Of a DNA stretch of 37,804 nucleotides, positions 26,502-35,851 are shown piece after piece (positions within the stretch are counted from its first letter, which is position 1; the number at the start of each line of letters is the position of its first letter). Position numbers and translations under genes: made by a program. The stretch spans positions 1 through 37,804 of the forward strand of contig JAJRPK010000236.1 in assembly GCA_024280785.1 (NCBI GenBank). The letters run 5' to 3'. Under the pieces are notes generated by a model, which ran no database searches, was not told the origin of the DNA, and saw nothing but the letters and a program-made list of their open reading frames with translations. Origin of the DNA: Gammaproteobacteria bacterium (lineage in GTDB: Bacteria; Pseudomonadota; Gammaproteobacteria; Pseudomonadales; UBA7434).

Positions 26502-27149
26502 CTATAACCCTAGCTCCGAGCGCAAAATTTTCAATCTCAGTTTTTGTTCCGTTTTATCTAACGGTTCGGCTTTATGCTGTTCAATGGCTTTGGCGATAGG
26601 GACTTCTAGAATCTCACCTTTTCTAACGCGCTCTGCTAATAACTGAAAATTACGCTCAAATACGGGGAAAGTTCTTGCCTCCGACTCGCTGCGCAAAAAT
26701 CCCCAGCCTGTAGCTTTACCCGCGTAGTAAATAATCGGGTGGGACCAGCTGACCGCCTGTTTAGTACCGGTTGCATTGCAAGCTTGTAAGTACGCGGCTT
26801 TAATATCGGGGATGCCATCCATTGCCGCCGCGTCGGCCAATTGTCGAATGGAATTAAGCGAGGGTAAAAAATCAGAGTTGCAAAGGGCTTTTCTGCCACC
26901 TGCGATAATATGTTCGGGTTGTAAATCGACTAGCATGCGTAGCCATAACTGCTTGGCCATCGACAGCGAGCGATGGTCGGGAAAAGCCTTGTGAAATTGA
27001 TTGTGATACGCCATTTCGAGCTCGGTAAACAGTTGGCTTACCGCGTCAATATGGGCTTCAGTAGGTTTGATATTACTTGGTGCAGCGCTACTTTCACTTG
27101 CTGCACTAACGATTTGTTCCGGGGTATAGTTAGAGATTTGTTTTTTCAT
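26502..27149 (-). CDS. Lambda replication protein P-family protein (putative replicative helicase loader)
   Basis: 215 aa, colinear by eye with lambda P as I remember it: FLPSLNSI vs FLPSPGQF, GIPDIKAAYLQAC vs GLPNVSELVDMVYEYC, RVRKGEILEVPI vs RINRGEAIPEPV, plus a basic C-terminal tail. Confidence 0.6.
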   Translation of the reverse strand: MKKQISNYTPEQIVSAASESSAAPSNIKPTEAHIDAVSQLFTELEMAYHNQFHKAFPDHRSLSMAKQLWLRMLVDLQPEHIIAGGRKALCNSDFLPSLNSIRQLADAAAMDGIPDIKAAYLQACNATGTKQAVSWSHPIIYYAGKATGWGFLRSESEARTFPVFERNFQLLAERVRKGEILEVPIAKAIEQHKAEPLDKTEQKLRLKILRSELGL

Positions 27150-27196
27150 TGTGTTGTCTCTACGCTATGTATGGTTTAGATGGCGGTTTAAGCTGA

Positions 27197-28315
27197 TCAT
27201 ACTAGATCTGCCGCCCAGCTGCGATCGGTCAAGCGTTCAAAGGCATCGCCTCGCGACTGGCTATCGTTGGTATTACGTCGTGCCCATCGGTATTTGACGT
27301 GCTGTAAAAATTTGGTGTTCCAAGAGTGGTGTAGCTGATTGTTGTCGCGCCAATAAAGTACAAATTCGCCGATTAAATCGCGGGCAAACTGAGCGTCGAT
27401 ATTGGCAATCGTTAGAACGTCAAATACTTCGTGGTCTGGAATCCAATTGTCGCTAATGGCGACGGGCTCAGTGTCGTGCTTTAAGGTATGAGTGAACCGT
27501 GCCCACTGCCGTTTTACATGGTTAACAAATTTTGAGTTCCATGTTGTTTGTGCTTCTTTTCGCTCTTGCCAATACAAAATGAATTCGGCTACGGCATCAT
27601 CAATAAAGTTTTTATTGATCCCCATGCGAACCAGGATTTCAATTGCGTCGAGGCTAGGTTGCCACTGTTTTTCAATCTCTGTGCTAGCTTGGCTAATAGT
27701 ATTTTGTCGCGCCGCCTGTTCGGAACGGTAATTTTGTTCGGTTTGCCATCGGCGTGAGACATGTTGGATAAACTTGCTCGACCATGCGTGTGAAGCTTCA
27801 TCGCGCTCGCGCCAATAAAGAACAAATTCAGCGGCAGAGGCTTCAATGAAAACGAGGTCCACACCCTGCTGTGATAGCTGTGAGATAACAGAATGATCGG
27901 GCTGCCAGTTTGGCGGGATTCGTGTCGCACCTAATCCGCTGGCAGGCAGCGGTGATTGGCGGCCTTGTGGGTTATTTTGCAAGGGTGTTTGAAGCGGAGG
28001 CAGGGGTGTCTGCTGATTAATCGCCAGTTCAATAGTTTGAGTTTCTGCATTGGGGAAGCTATCGATCAGTATCATGCCTAGATCTATCAGTTTGTGCAAA
28101 ATACGTCGGAGGGCGGGAGGGCTCCAGAACGGGAGCTGTGATGACAACGTCGCTAAATTAGTGCGAGTCCACTGATAACCTTTCTTATGTTCAGTTTGCG
28201 CTAATGCCTGCAATGTCTCAATGTGCTGCAATAGAATCGCTTCTTCTAGCCCGATGGTTGCCGCCAATGAAGGCGAGACGACAATGGGGCGTTCAGGGAT
28301 AAGGGATTCATTCAT
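27197..28315 (-). CDS. DnaT-like ssDNA-binding domain protein (N-terminal wHTH-like region + three tandem DnaT-type domains)
   Basis: Three repeats of about 57 aa share W-x-P...EF(V/I)LYW(R/Q)...(S/T)W(S/N)(S/T)KF...HV...W (aa 133-191, 217-272, 290-346). They follow a Pro/Gln-rich linker. The gene sits 47 nt upstream of the P-like gene on the same strand. Confidence 0.6.
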   Translation of the reverse strand: MNESLIPERPIVVSPSLAATIGLEEAILLQHIETLQALAQTEHKKGYQWTRTNLATLSSQLPFWSPPALRRILHKLIDLGMILIDSFPNAETQTIELAINQQTPLPPLQTPLQNNPQGRQSPLPASGLGATRIPPNWQPDHSVISQLSQQGVDLVFIEASAAEFVLYWRERDEASHAWSSKFIQHVSRRWQTEQNYRSEQAARQNTISQASTEIEKQWQPSLDAIEILVRMGINKNFIDDAVAEFILYWQERKEAQTTWNSKFVNHVKRQWARFTHTLKHDTEPVAISDNWIPDHEVFDVLTIANIDAQFARDLIGEFVLYWRDNNQLHHSWNTKFLQHVKYRWARRNTNDSQSRGDAFERLTDRSWAADLV

Positions 28316-28556
28316 AATCTTGGTGATATCGTCCAGTGCACAATACTTTTGTTTGGCGGCTTATTGTAAATCTTTGCTTGATCAATCTCTAGTTCTGCCT
28401 GCAAAATCTATCTATGCCGGTGGATATTAAGTGCGGATAGCTACTGCAGAAGATAGATCTGGTCATTCGTACAGATTTTGCTTATTTGAAAAATTCTGCT
28501 CTGCTATTTGCCGATAGCGCTGATAAACTACCAGCTCGTTAACAGGATACGATTTT

Positions 28557-29915
28557 ATGGCTAAAGCTAAATCCGCTTATGTATGCTCTGATTGTGGTTC
28601 AGATTACACCAAGTGGCAGGGGCAGTGCACCGATTGCAAAGCGTGGAATACGCTGTCGGAGATTCGCCTTAGTAGCGCCACCGACCGCGGGGCCCGCTTG
28701 GTGGGTTTTGCCGGCGCCGATAGTCAGGTACAAACGCTGGGCTCTATTGATTTAACGCGTATACCCAGACAAACGACCGGTATGGCTGAATTTGATCGTG
28801 TATTGGGCGGAGGCTTGGTAGCGGGCTCCGCTATTTTGATTGGCGGTAGTCCTGGCGCGGGCAAGAGCACGTTGTTATTACAGGTGATGTGTGGTTTGGC
28901 CGCCAAGCTGTCTGCTCTGTATGTAACAGGTGAGGAGTCGCTACAGCAGGTAGCCTTGAGAGCTGAGCGTTTGGGGCTGCCCACCGATAAGCTGCAGTTG
29001 GCTACTGAAACTAATATAGAAGCTATTATTGCCATCGCACAAAAACTCAAACCGAAAGTGATGGTGGTCGATTCCATTCAGGTGGTACATACCAGCGATC
29101 TACAATCCGCCCCCGGTGGAGTGTCTCAAGTGCGGGAATGTGCCGCCTATTTAACCCGTTTCGCCAAGCAGAGTAATACGGTTGTATTTTTAGTGGGCCA
29201 TGTAACAAAAGACGGAAGCTTAGCCGGCCCGAAAGTGCTAGAGCATATGATTGATTGTTCCATTCTGTTAGAGGGGTCTTCTGACAGCCGTTACCGAACG
29301 TTGCGGGGGCAAAAAAATCGCTTTGGTGCGGTTAATGAATTGGGCGTATTTGCGATGACGGAGCAGGGTTTAAAAGAAGTTAAAAACCCCTCGGCGATAT
29401 TTTTGAGTCGCGCCGATGAGGATGCGCCTGGCAGTGTAGTGGTAGTTTTATGGGAGGGAACGCGATCACTGTTGGTGGAGATTCAAGCTCTAGTTGACGA
29501 CACTCAGTTGAATAATCCTCGTCGCGTTGCCGTTGGCTTAGAGCAGAATAGATTGGCAATGTTACTAGCAGTATTACATCGTCACGGTGGCTTGGCAGTT
29601 GGAAATTCAGACGTATTTGTCAATGCCGTAGGTGGCGTAAAGGTGTTAGAGACCGGGGTGGATTTGGCCGTGTTGCTAGCGATTGTTTCCAGTTTTCGAG
29701 ATCGCTGCTTGCCGCGCGATTTGGTGGTATTTGGTGAGGTGGGATTGTCCGGTGAAATAAGGCCTGTAACCAGCGGGCAAGAGCGTATTTTAGAAGCGGC
29801 AAAGCACGGATTTAAACGTGCGATTGTGCCTAAGGCAAACATGCCGAAACAAGCTATTCCGGGAATGGAAGTGGTGGGAGTTAGTAAGTTAAGTGAGGCG
29901 TTAGAGCTGGCTTAG
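28557..29915 (+). CDS. radA: DNA repair protein RadA/Sms
   Basis: Zinc finger CSDCGSDYTKWQGQCTDCKAWNT, Walker A GGSPGAGKST, the RadA motif KNRFG, and a Lon-protease-like C-terminal domain. Confidence 0.95.
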   Translation: MAKAKSAYVCSDCGSDYTKWQGQCTDCKAWNTLSEIRLSSATDRGARLVGFAGADSQVQTLGSIDLTRIPRQTTGMAEFDRVLGGGLVAGSAILIGGSPGAGKSTLLLQVMCGLAAKLSALYVTGEESLQQVALRAERLGLPTDKLQLATETNIEAIIAIAQKLKPKVMVVDSIQVVHTSDLQSAPGGVSQVRECAAYLTRFAKQSNTVVFLVGHVTKDGSLAGPKVLEHMIDCSILLEGSSDSRYRTLRGQKNRFGAVNELGVFAMTEQGLKEVKNPSAIFLSRADEDAPGSVVVVLWEGTRSLLVEIQALVDDTQLNNPRRVAVGLEQNRLAMLLAVLHRHGGLAVGNSDVFVNAVGGVKVLETGVDLAVLLAIVSSFRDRCLPRDLVVFGEVGLSGEIRPVTSGQERILEAAKHGFKRAIVPKANMPKQAIPGMEVVGVSKLSEALELA

Positions 29916-29948
29916 TGTTTGTTGAAAACTTCAAATCCATAACGTACC

Positions 29949-31609
29949 TCACTTTAGCTTCTTATATCTCATTCGCTTGGGTTGCGCATCTCGACCTTTG
30001 CGCTTAATAAATTCTTCGTGGTACTCGGTGTAGTTGCCGGCAAAAAATACCGCCTCTGAATCGCCTTCGTAGGCCAAAATATGTGTGGCAACGCGGTCTA
30101 AAAACCAACGATCATGTGAGATAACCATCGCGCAGCCGGGAAAGGTTAGCAGTGCTTCTTCTAATGCTCGCAGTGTTTCTATATCTAAATCGTTAGATGG
30201 CTCATCGAGCAGTAGCACGTTGGCTCCTTGTTTTAATGTAACTGCGAGTTGTAGTCTTCCTCGTTCGCCGCCAGATAATTCGCCAACTTTTTTCTGTTGG
30301 TCGGAGCCTTTAAAGTTAAATCGTCCCACATAGGCGCGAGAAGATACTTCGTAACCGCCGATTTGAATTAGTTCATGACCGCCGCAAACGGCTTCCCACA
30401 CCGACATATCATCTTGCAGTTCGTCGCGCATTTGTTCGACATGAGCGATTTGAACGCTGTCACCGATAACGATTTCTCCACTGTCAGCTTGCTCTTGTCC
30501 GGTAATCATTCTAAACAGCGTGGACTTTCCTGCGCCGTTGCCACCGATAATTCCGACGATCGCTCCTTTAGGTACGATAAAACTCAAATCGTTAATGAGT
30601 GTGCGGTCATCATAGGATTTGTTGACATGTTTGAATTCGATAACCGAGTCACCCAGCCTGGGCCCGGGTGGGATGTAAATTTCGTTGGTTTCACTGCGTT
30701 GTTGAAAATCTTGTGAGCTGAGTTCGTCAAAGCGTTGTAGTCGTGCTTTACTTTTGGCGTGACGCCCTTTGGTTCCGGACCGGACCCATTCCAGCTCTGA
30801 TTTTATCGATTTTTGCCGCGAGACCTCTTGTTTTTCTTCCATGGCCAAACGCTGCTCTTTTTGTTCTAGCCACTTTGAGTAATTACCTTCATAGGGCATG
30901 CCGCGACCGCGATCGAGTTCTAATATCAGTTTGCTGCGTTGTCGAGAAAGTAACGGTCGTGGGTGATCGCTACTACGGTGCCGGGGTAGTCTTCTAAAAA
31001 CTGCTCCAGCCAATGGACGCTTTCGGCGTCCAGATGGTTGGTCGGCTCGTCGAGTAGCAACATGTCAGGGTTGGAAATAAGTAGGCGGCACAGCGCTACC
31101 CTGCGTCGTTCACCGCCCGATAGTTTGCTGACATCGGCATCCCATGGTGGAAGCCGCAAAGCATCGGCCGCAATTTCCAGTTTGTGATCGAGGTTGTGCG
31201 CGTCAGCAGCTTGCAACAAATTTTCCAGTTTAGCCTGCTCTTTGGCCAGCGCGTCAAAATCGGCATCGGGTTCAGCGTAGGCGGCATAGATTTCGTCGAG
31301 TTTTTTCTGTGCATCGCCAACGTCGCCCAAACCATCTTCGACGTTTCCGCGCACATCTTTGGACTCGTCTAGTTGAGGTTCCTGTGGCAAGTAGCCAACT
31401 TTTAAGTCTGCTTGCGGGCGTGCTTCGCCGAGATAATCATTATCGATACCGGCCATAATTTTTAGCAAGGTGGATTTGCCCGAGCCGTTGAGACCGAGTA
31501 CTCCGATTTTGGCGCCGGGAAAAAACGACAGAGAAATATCTTTTAAAATTTCACGCTTGGGTGGCACAATTTTGCCGACGCGATTCATGGTGTAAACGTA
31601 TTGGGCCAT
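29949..31609 (-). pseudogene. ettA: Energy-dependent translational throttle EttA (ABC-F ATPase), reading frame broken by a 1-nt deletion
   Basis: The N-terminal ORF (MAQYVYTMNRVGKIVPPK...ITHDRYFLDNAAN*) and the C-terminal ORF (...ILELDRGRGMPYEGNYSKWLEQK...) together span a full EttA. The frames join at 30926-30930, where AAC TGA TAT TA would read AAC TGG ATA TTA (N-W-I-L) if one G were restored. Confidence 0.85.
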
Positions 31610-32131
31610 CAGTTGGTTCCACGGTCTATTTGGCTTCACCGTCTATCCAGTAAAGTAGCGGTGGCTGTTTTAACGTATCTATCAATTACCCGCAACGCAA
31701 TAACTAGCAACGCGCAAGCGGGTTGGATTATACGGGAGATTACGCCAACAAACGTGCTCTGATTATTCATTGGTGCAGGATTAATAAATTCACAGTTAAA
31801 GCAATGCCGTACAAGTGCTGGCAAAGTGAGTGTTCCTTAGAGAGCAGTTCTTAGGGGGCAGGCTATTGTTTGTCAGTTGCCGCCAGGGCCAGCGGTCATT
31901 GACAAATCGGGTAGGAAGCATTGAAAAACATGGGGCTAAAAGCGGCCGTGACTGCTAAAAAAGCTGATTTTGACCAGATTAATGAGGCCTGATATCAGTG
32001 CATATCGGCACTGAGTTCTGTAGAATATGCGCTCTTCTTGGTAGCTGTTTTTATCCTCAAATGATCCATCGATGTTCGCTGAATGGGCAGGTGTCGCTGG
32101 CAGTAATCTTTATTCAATTTGGAGTGTGTGA

Positions 32132-33397
32132 ATGTTCGACAAAAGCATGACAGTGGCGGGTTTTGACGATGAATTGTACGCAGCTATTGTCGCCGAAGAG
32201 CGTCGACAAGAAGAGCATATCGAACTGATTGCCTCAGAAAACTACTGTAGTCCCAGAGTTATGGAAGCGCAGGGCACTTTGTTGACCAATAAATACGCCG
32301 AGGGGTATTCGGGTAAACGTTATTATGGCGGTTGTGAATACGTCGATATTGCCGAGGATTTAGCGGTTCAACGAGCCAAAGCTTTATTTGGCGCCGATTA
32401 TGCGAATGTCCAACCTCATTCGGGTTCGCAAGCCAATAGCGCGGTGTACTTAGCACTATTGGATGCGGGAGACACTGTTTTGGGCATGAGCCTCGACGCG
32501 GGAGGTCATCTTACTCACGGAGCCAAGCCAAATTTTTCGGGCCGGGTTTACAACGCAGTGCAGTACGGATTAAATTTAGAAACCGGTGAAATCGACTACG
32601 AGCAAGTTGAAGCGCTAGCACTAGAACACAAACCCAAAATGATAGTTGCAGGCTTTTCCGCTTACTCTGGTATTGTCGACTGGGCGCGCTTTCGCGAGAT
32701 TGCCGATAAGGTCGGTGCCTATCTAATGGTCGATATGGCACACGTGGCCGGTTTAGTGGCAACAGGTTTATACCCTAATCCGGTGCCGTTTGCCGACGTA
32801 GTAACGTCGACTACGCATAAAACTCTGCGAGGGCCGCGCGGCGGTCTCATTTTGGCTAAGGCCAACGAGGTATTAGAAAAGAAATTTAATTCGGCGGTAT
32901 TTCCCGGTGGTCAAGGCGGGCCGTTGATGCACGTTATTGCGGCTAAAGCTGTTAGTTTTAAAGAAGCTATGGGTGAAGACTTTAAAGTCTATCAGCAGCA
33001 AGTGATCGACAATGCAAAAGTTATGGCTAAAACCTTTATCGACCGCGGCATTAAAATAGTGTCAGGTGGAACGCATAATCATCTTATGCTTGTTGATTTA
33101 ATCGGTAAAGAGTACACCGGTAAAGATGCCGATGCGGCACTGGGAGCCGCACATATTACCGTCAACACAAATGCAGTGCCGAACGATCCGCGTTCTCCTT
33201 TTGTTACCAGTGGCTTGAGAGTGGGTACGCCGGCGATTACTACTCGCGGGTTTAAAGAGGCAGAAGTTAAGGATTTAACTAACTGGATGTGCGACATTCT
33301 TGAAGACGTTAATAATCAAGAAGTGATTGACCGGGTCCGTGGCCAGGTATCTGAATTGTGCAAACGCTTTCCAGTTTATAAGCAACTCTCTGTATAA
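32132..33397 (+). CDS. glyA: Serine hydroxymethyltransferase
   Basis: The PLP-lysine motif [12 protein letters not shown] and LIASENY are present. 421 aa, colinear with GlyA. Confidence 0.97.
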   Translation: MFDKSMTVAGFDDELYAAIVAEERRQEEHIELIASENYCSPRVMEAQGTLLTNKYAEGYSGKRYYGGCEYVDIAEDLAVQRAKALFGADYANVQPHSGSQANSAVYLALLDAGDTVLGMSLDAGGHLTHGAKPNFSGRVYNAVQYGLNLETGEIDYEQVEALALEHKPKMIVAGFSAYSGIVDWARFREIADKVGAYLMVDMAHVAGLVATGLYPNPVPFADVVTSTTHKTLRGPRGGLILAKANEVLEKKFNSAVFPGGQGGPLMHVIAAKAVSFKEAMGEDFKVYQQQVIDNAKVMAKTFIDRGIKIVSGGTHNHLMLVDLIGKEYTGKDADAALGAAHITVNTNAVPNDPRSPFVTSGLRVGTPAITTRGFKEAEVKDLTNWMCDILEDVNNQEVIDRVRGQVSELCKRFPVYKQLSV

Positions 33398-33457
33398 GCG
33401 ATATCACCGCGTCGTGACGGCGCGTATATTTATAGGTAGTATTTTTCGGAAATTAAG

Positions 33458-33934
33458 ATGCGTTGTCCTTTTTGCTCAGAAGAAGATACCAAAGTGGTTG
33501 ACTCACGACTCGTGACTGGGGGAGATCAGATCCGCCGGCGTCGTGAGTGCCAATCCTGTTCTGAACGGTTTACTACCTACGAAACCGCTGAATTACTGCT
33601 GCCTAAAGTGATCAAGCAAAACGGTGCGCGCGAACCTTTTAACGAAGAGAAGCTGCGTTCAGGAATTTTACGAGCGGTAGAGCGACGGCCTATTAGTGTC
33701 GAACAAATCGAGGAGACTGTTAGTCATATACAGCACGATTTAATGGCGACCGGTGAGCGAGAGGTCAGCTCTTTGGTTGTCGGTGAACACGTTATGCAGC
33801 ACTTGAAAAAATTGGATCAAGTGGCTTATGTGCGTTTTGCGTCGGTTTATCGTAGTTTTCAAGATTTAAACGAATTCCGCGAAGAGATCGATAAGCTCTC
33901 AGCAGAAGAGTTGGAGAACAGTGAGCAACAATAG
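33458..33934 (+). CDS. nrdR: Transcriptional repressor NrdR
   Basis: [17 protein letters not shown] zinc ribbon (second CxxC in ECQSCSERF) followed by an ATP-cone domain. Confidence 0.95.
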   Translation: MRCPFCSEEDTKVVDSRLVTGGDQIRRRRECQSCSERFTTYETAELLLPKVIKQNGAREPFNEEKLRSGILRAVERRPISVEQIEETVSHIQHDLMATGEREVSSLVVGEHVMQHLKKLDQVAYVRFASVYRSFQDLNEFREEIDKLSAEELENSEQQ

Positions 33935-35156
33935 CCCTTCATTTTCCATCGCCGATCGGCAATTCATGGCCGAGGCGATTCAGTTGGCGGGTAAAGGTTT
34001 GTACACTACAGCACCTAACCCCAGGGTAGGTTGCGTGTTAGTGAATCATGGTAAAGTCATCGGTAGAGGTTGGCATCAGCGCGCAGGTGAGGGTCATGCC
34101 GAAGTTAATGCCATTGCTAACGCTGGTGATAAAGCGCGAGGATCTACGGCGTACATCACTTTAGAACCTTGCAGTTTTGTTGGTCGCACCGGCGCGTGCT
34201 GTGATGCGCTAATGGATGCTGGCGTGACGCGAGTAGTATCGGCGATGGTCGACCCTAATCCGAAAGTTTCGGGCCTTGGCCATCATCGCTTAGAGGATGC
34301 CGGTATTGACGTTTCTTGTGGCCTTTTGGCAACAGAATCGGCGGCAATCAATCCGGGTTTTAATAAGCGGATGGAGTTCCAGTTGCCTTATGTCTGCGTT
34401 AAAATGGCGATGAGCTTAGACGGTAGAACGGCGATGGCATCGGGTGAAAGTCAGTGGATAACCGGCCCGGCAGCACGGAAAAAAGTCCAACAGCTACGGG
34501 CTCGTAGTTGCGCAATTATTACTGGCGCGGGTACTGTGATTGACGATGATCCTGCGATGACTGTTAGAGAAAATGATCTTGGTGAAGCGGTTGAACGGCA
34601 GCCTGCGCTGGTCGTGGTAGATTCGCAGTTAAGGGTTCCATTAACAGCGGCTGTGTTTTCTCGCGAACAATTGGCGGCCAGAGAAGTGATCGTCGCCTGC
34701 ACGGCGAGCGCGAGCGCGGCGGTCAAACAAAAGCTGCTCGATAAAGGAGTGCAAGTTGTTGAGATAGAGGCTGCAGAGGGAGAGGTCAATAAGTCTTCTG
34801 AAGTGGTTGGAACCGGGGTTGGAGCTGTAGTTGAAACTGTAGTTGAAACTGTAGTTGAAACGAAGAAAACCCAGCAAGTTAATTTGCCACAATTGCTGCG
34901 CGTTTTGGCTCAGCGAGAGTTTAACGAAATATTAGTTGAAGCGGGGGCGACGTTAACGGGCGCATTTGCGGCGAGTAACTTAATCGATGAGCTAAAGATT
35001 TTTATTGCGCCAAAGCTTATGGGCTCAACGGCCAGACCATTATTCGAGTTGCCCATTAATAATATGGGCGATGCTATTGATATAAAAATCAACAGTATTG
35101 TGGCTGTCGGCGATGATTGGTTGATGAGTTGTGAGCCGGTTCGTAGGGCGCATTGA
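33921..35156 (+). CDS. ribD: Bifunctional riboflavin biosynthesis protein RibD (pyrimidine deaminase/uracil reductase), with an internal insertion
   Basis: Deaminase zinc motifs HAEVNAI and [11 protein letters not shown], plus the reductase domain ([23 protein letters not shown]). The GTG start overlaps the nrdR end. At 411 aa it is about 35-40 aa longer than typical RibD. Confidence 0.9.
   Translation: MSNNSPSFSIADRQFMAEAIQLAGKGLYTTAPNPRVGCVLVNHGKVIGRGWHQRAGEGHAEVNAIANAGDKARGSTAYITLEPCSFVGRTGACCDALMDAGVTRVVSAMVDPNPKVSGLGHHRLEDAGIDVSCGLLATESAAINPGFNKRMEFQLPYVCVKMAMSLDGRTAMASGESQWITGPAARKKVQQLRARSCAIITGAGTVIDDDPAMTVRENDLGEAVERQPALVVVDSQLRVPLTAAVFSREQLAAREVIVACTASASAAVKQKLLDKGVQVVEIEAAEGEVNKSSEVVGTGVGAVVETVVETVVETKKTQQVNLPQLLRVLAQREFNEILVEAGATLTGAFAASNLIDELKIFIAPKLMGSTARPLFELPINNMGDAIDIKINSIVAVGDDWLMSCEPVRRAH
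34827..34862. repeat. In-frame 12-bp tandem repeat GTAGTTGAAACT x3 inside ribD (encodes VVET x3)
   Basis: Copies at 34827-34838, 34839-34850 and 34851-34862; the last base of the third copy differs. Confidence 0.95.
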
Positions 35157-35195
35157 GTAACACGATTTAGCTAAGGTGATTTAGTTAGTGAAAAT

Positions 35196-35232
35196 TGAAT
35201 AAAGTAGACTGAATAAAGTAGATCGAATAAGG
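35196..35232. repeat. Tandem repeat, 14-bp unit TGAATAAAGTAGAY x2 plus a partial copy, in the ribD-ribE spacer
   Basis: TGAATAAAGTAGAC (35196-35209), TGAATAAAGTAGAT (35210-35223), CGAATAAGG (35224-35232). Confidence 0.9.
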
Positions 35233-35248
35233 CAACTTGAGTAAGACT

Positions 35249-35851
35249 ATGTTTACTGGAATCATACAAGCTAAAGGCTCTATTATTAGCACAGAAGCAA
35301 CCGCTGGTGATAAGCGCTTGCTGATCGATGTGGGCTCGCTGTCGTTATCGGGTGTTGAATTAGGCGAGAGCATTGCTGTTAACGGTGTTTGCCTTACTGC
35401 GGTTGAATTTACTGATAATGGTTTTTTGGCAGATGTCTCAGTAGAAACGTTAGATAACACTACATTGGGTAACTTACAAGTCGATAGCCCGGTGAATTTG
35501 GAAAAGTCCCTAACCCCTGAATCGTCGTTGGGCGGACACTGGGTGAGTGGTCACGTCGACGGAGTCGGTGAAGTGGTTGACCGGCACGACGATGCGCGAT
35601 CAGTACGGTTTTCTATTCGGGCGCCAGAAGGATTGGCTAAATATATTGCTCAAAAAGGGTCCATTTGTGTTGATGGCACGAGTCTTACCGTTAATGCAGT
35701 GGGCGATGAAGTGTTTGAGTTAAATATCATTCCTCACACCTTAGAGCATACATTATTTGGTGATTACCAAGTGGGGACTCGTGTAAACTTGGAAGTTGAT
35801 GTGATTGCGCGCTATCTGGAACGGTTGTCGGTCTACGGGCCCAACGAGTAA
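35249..35851 (+). CDS. ribE: Riboflavin synthase (alpha chain)
   Basis: Canonical MFTGIIQ start and two lumazine-binding repeats (SIAVNGVCLT, SICVDGTSLT). I prefer the ATG at 35249 to the upstream TTG at 35237. Confidence 0.93.
   Translation: MFTGIIQAKGSIISTEATAGDKRLLIDVGSLSLSGVELGESIAVNGVCLTAVEFTDNGFLADVSVETLDNTTLGNLQVDSPVNLEKSLTPESSLGGHWVSGHVDGVGEVVDRHDDARSVRFSIRAPEGLAKYIAQKGSICVDGTSLTVNAVGDEVFELNIIPHTLEHTLFGDYQVGTRVNLEVDVIARYLERLSVYGPNE

Noticed and set aside
28406-28458. 8-bp inverted repeat ATCTATCT / AGATAGAT in the radA / DnaT-like divergent region, considered as an origin or iteron element. DnaA-box-like GGTGGATAT was also noted.
   Set aside because: A single 8-bp inverted repeat with a 37-nt spacer is within chance expectation for AT-rich DNA. 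There is no iteron series and no consensus DnaA box (TTATCCACA).
30926-31013. Programmed -1 frameshifting as the explanation for the two overlapping ettA ORFs.
   Set aside because: There is no X-XXY-YYZ slippery heptamer and no obvious downstream stimulatory structure. The site is exactly where one G restores a conserved Trp codon, so a deletion or a sequencing indel is the simpler explanation.
31640-32131. Possible riboswitch (ZTP/pfl, THF, glycine) or small ORF in the 490-nt ettA-glyA intergenic region. This includes a 20-codon ORF at 31930-31992 and a GCCGCCAGGGCC string.
   Set aside because: I could not find the conserved ZTP core (GGGUCGUGAC...CCGCCUGGGC) or any other riboswitch core. 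The small ORF has only a weak, distant AGGAAG and no other support.
33408-33440. Hairpin CGCGTCG-TGA-CGGCGCG followed by TATATTTAT, considered as a glyA terminator.
   Set aside because: The stem is only 7 bp and includes a G-U pair, the loop is 3 nt, and the U-tract is poor. This is too weak to annotate with confidence.
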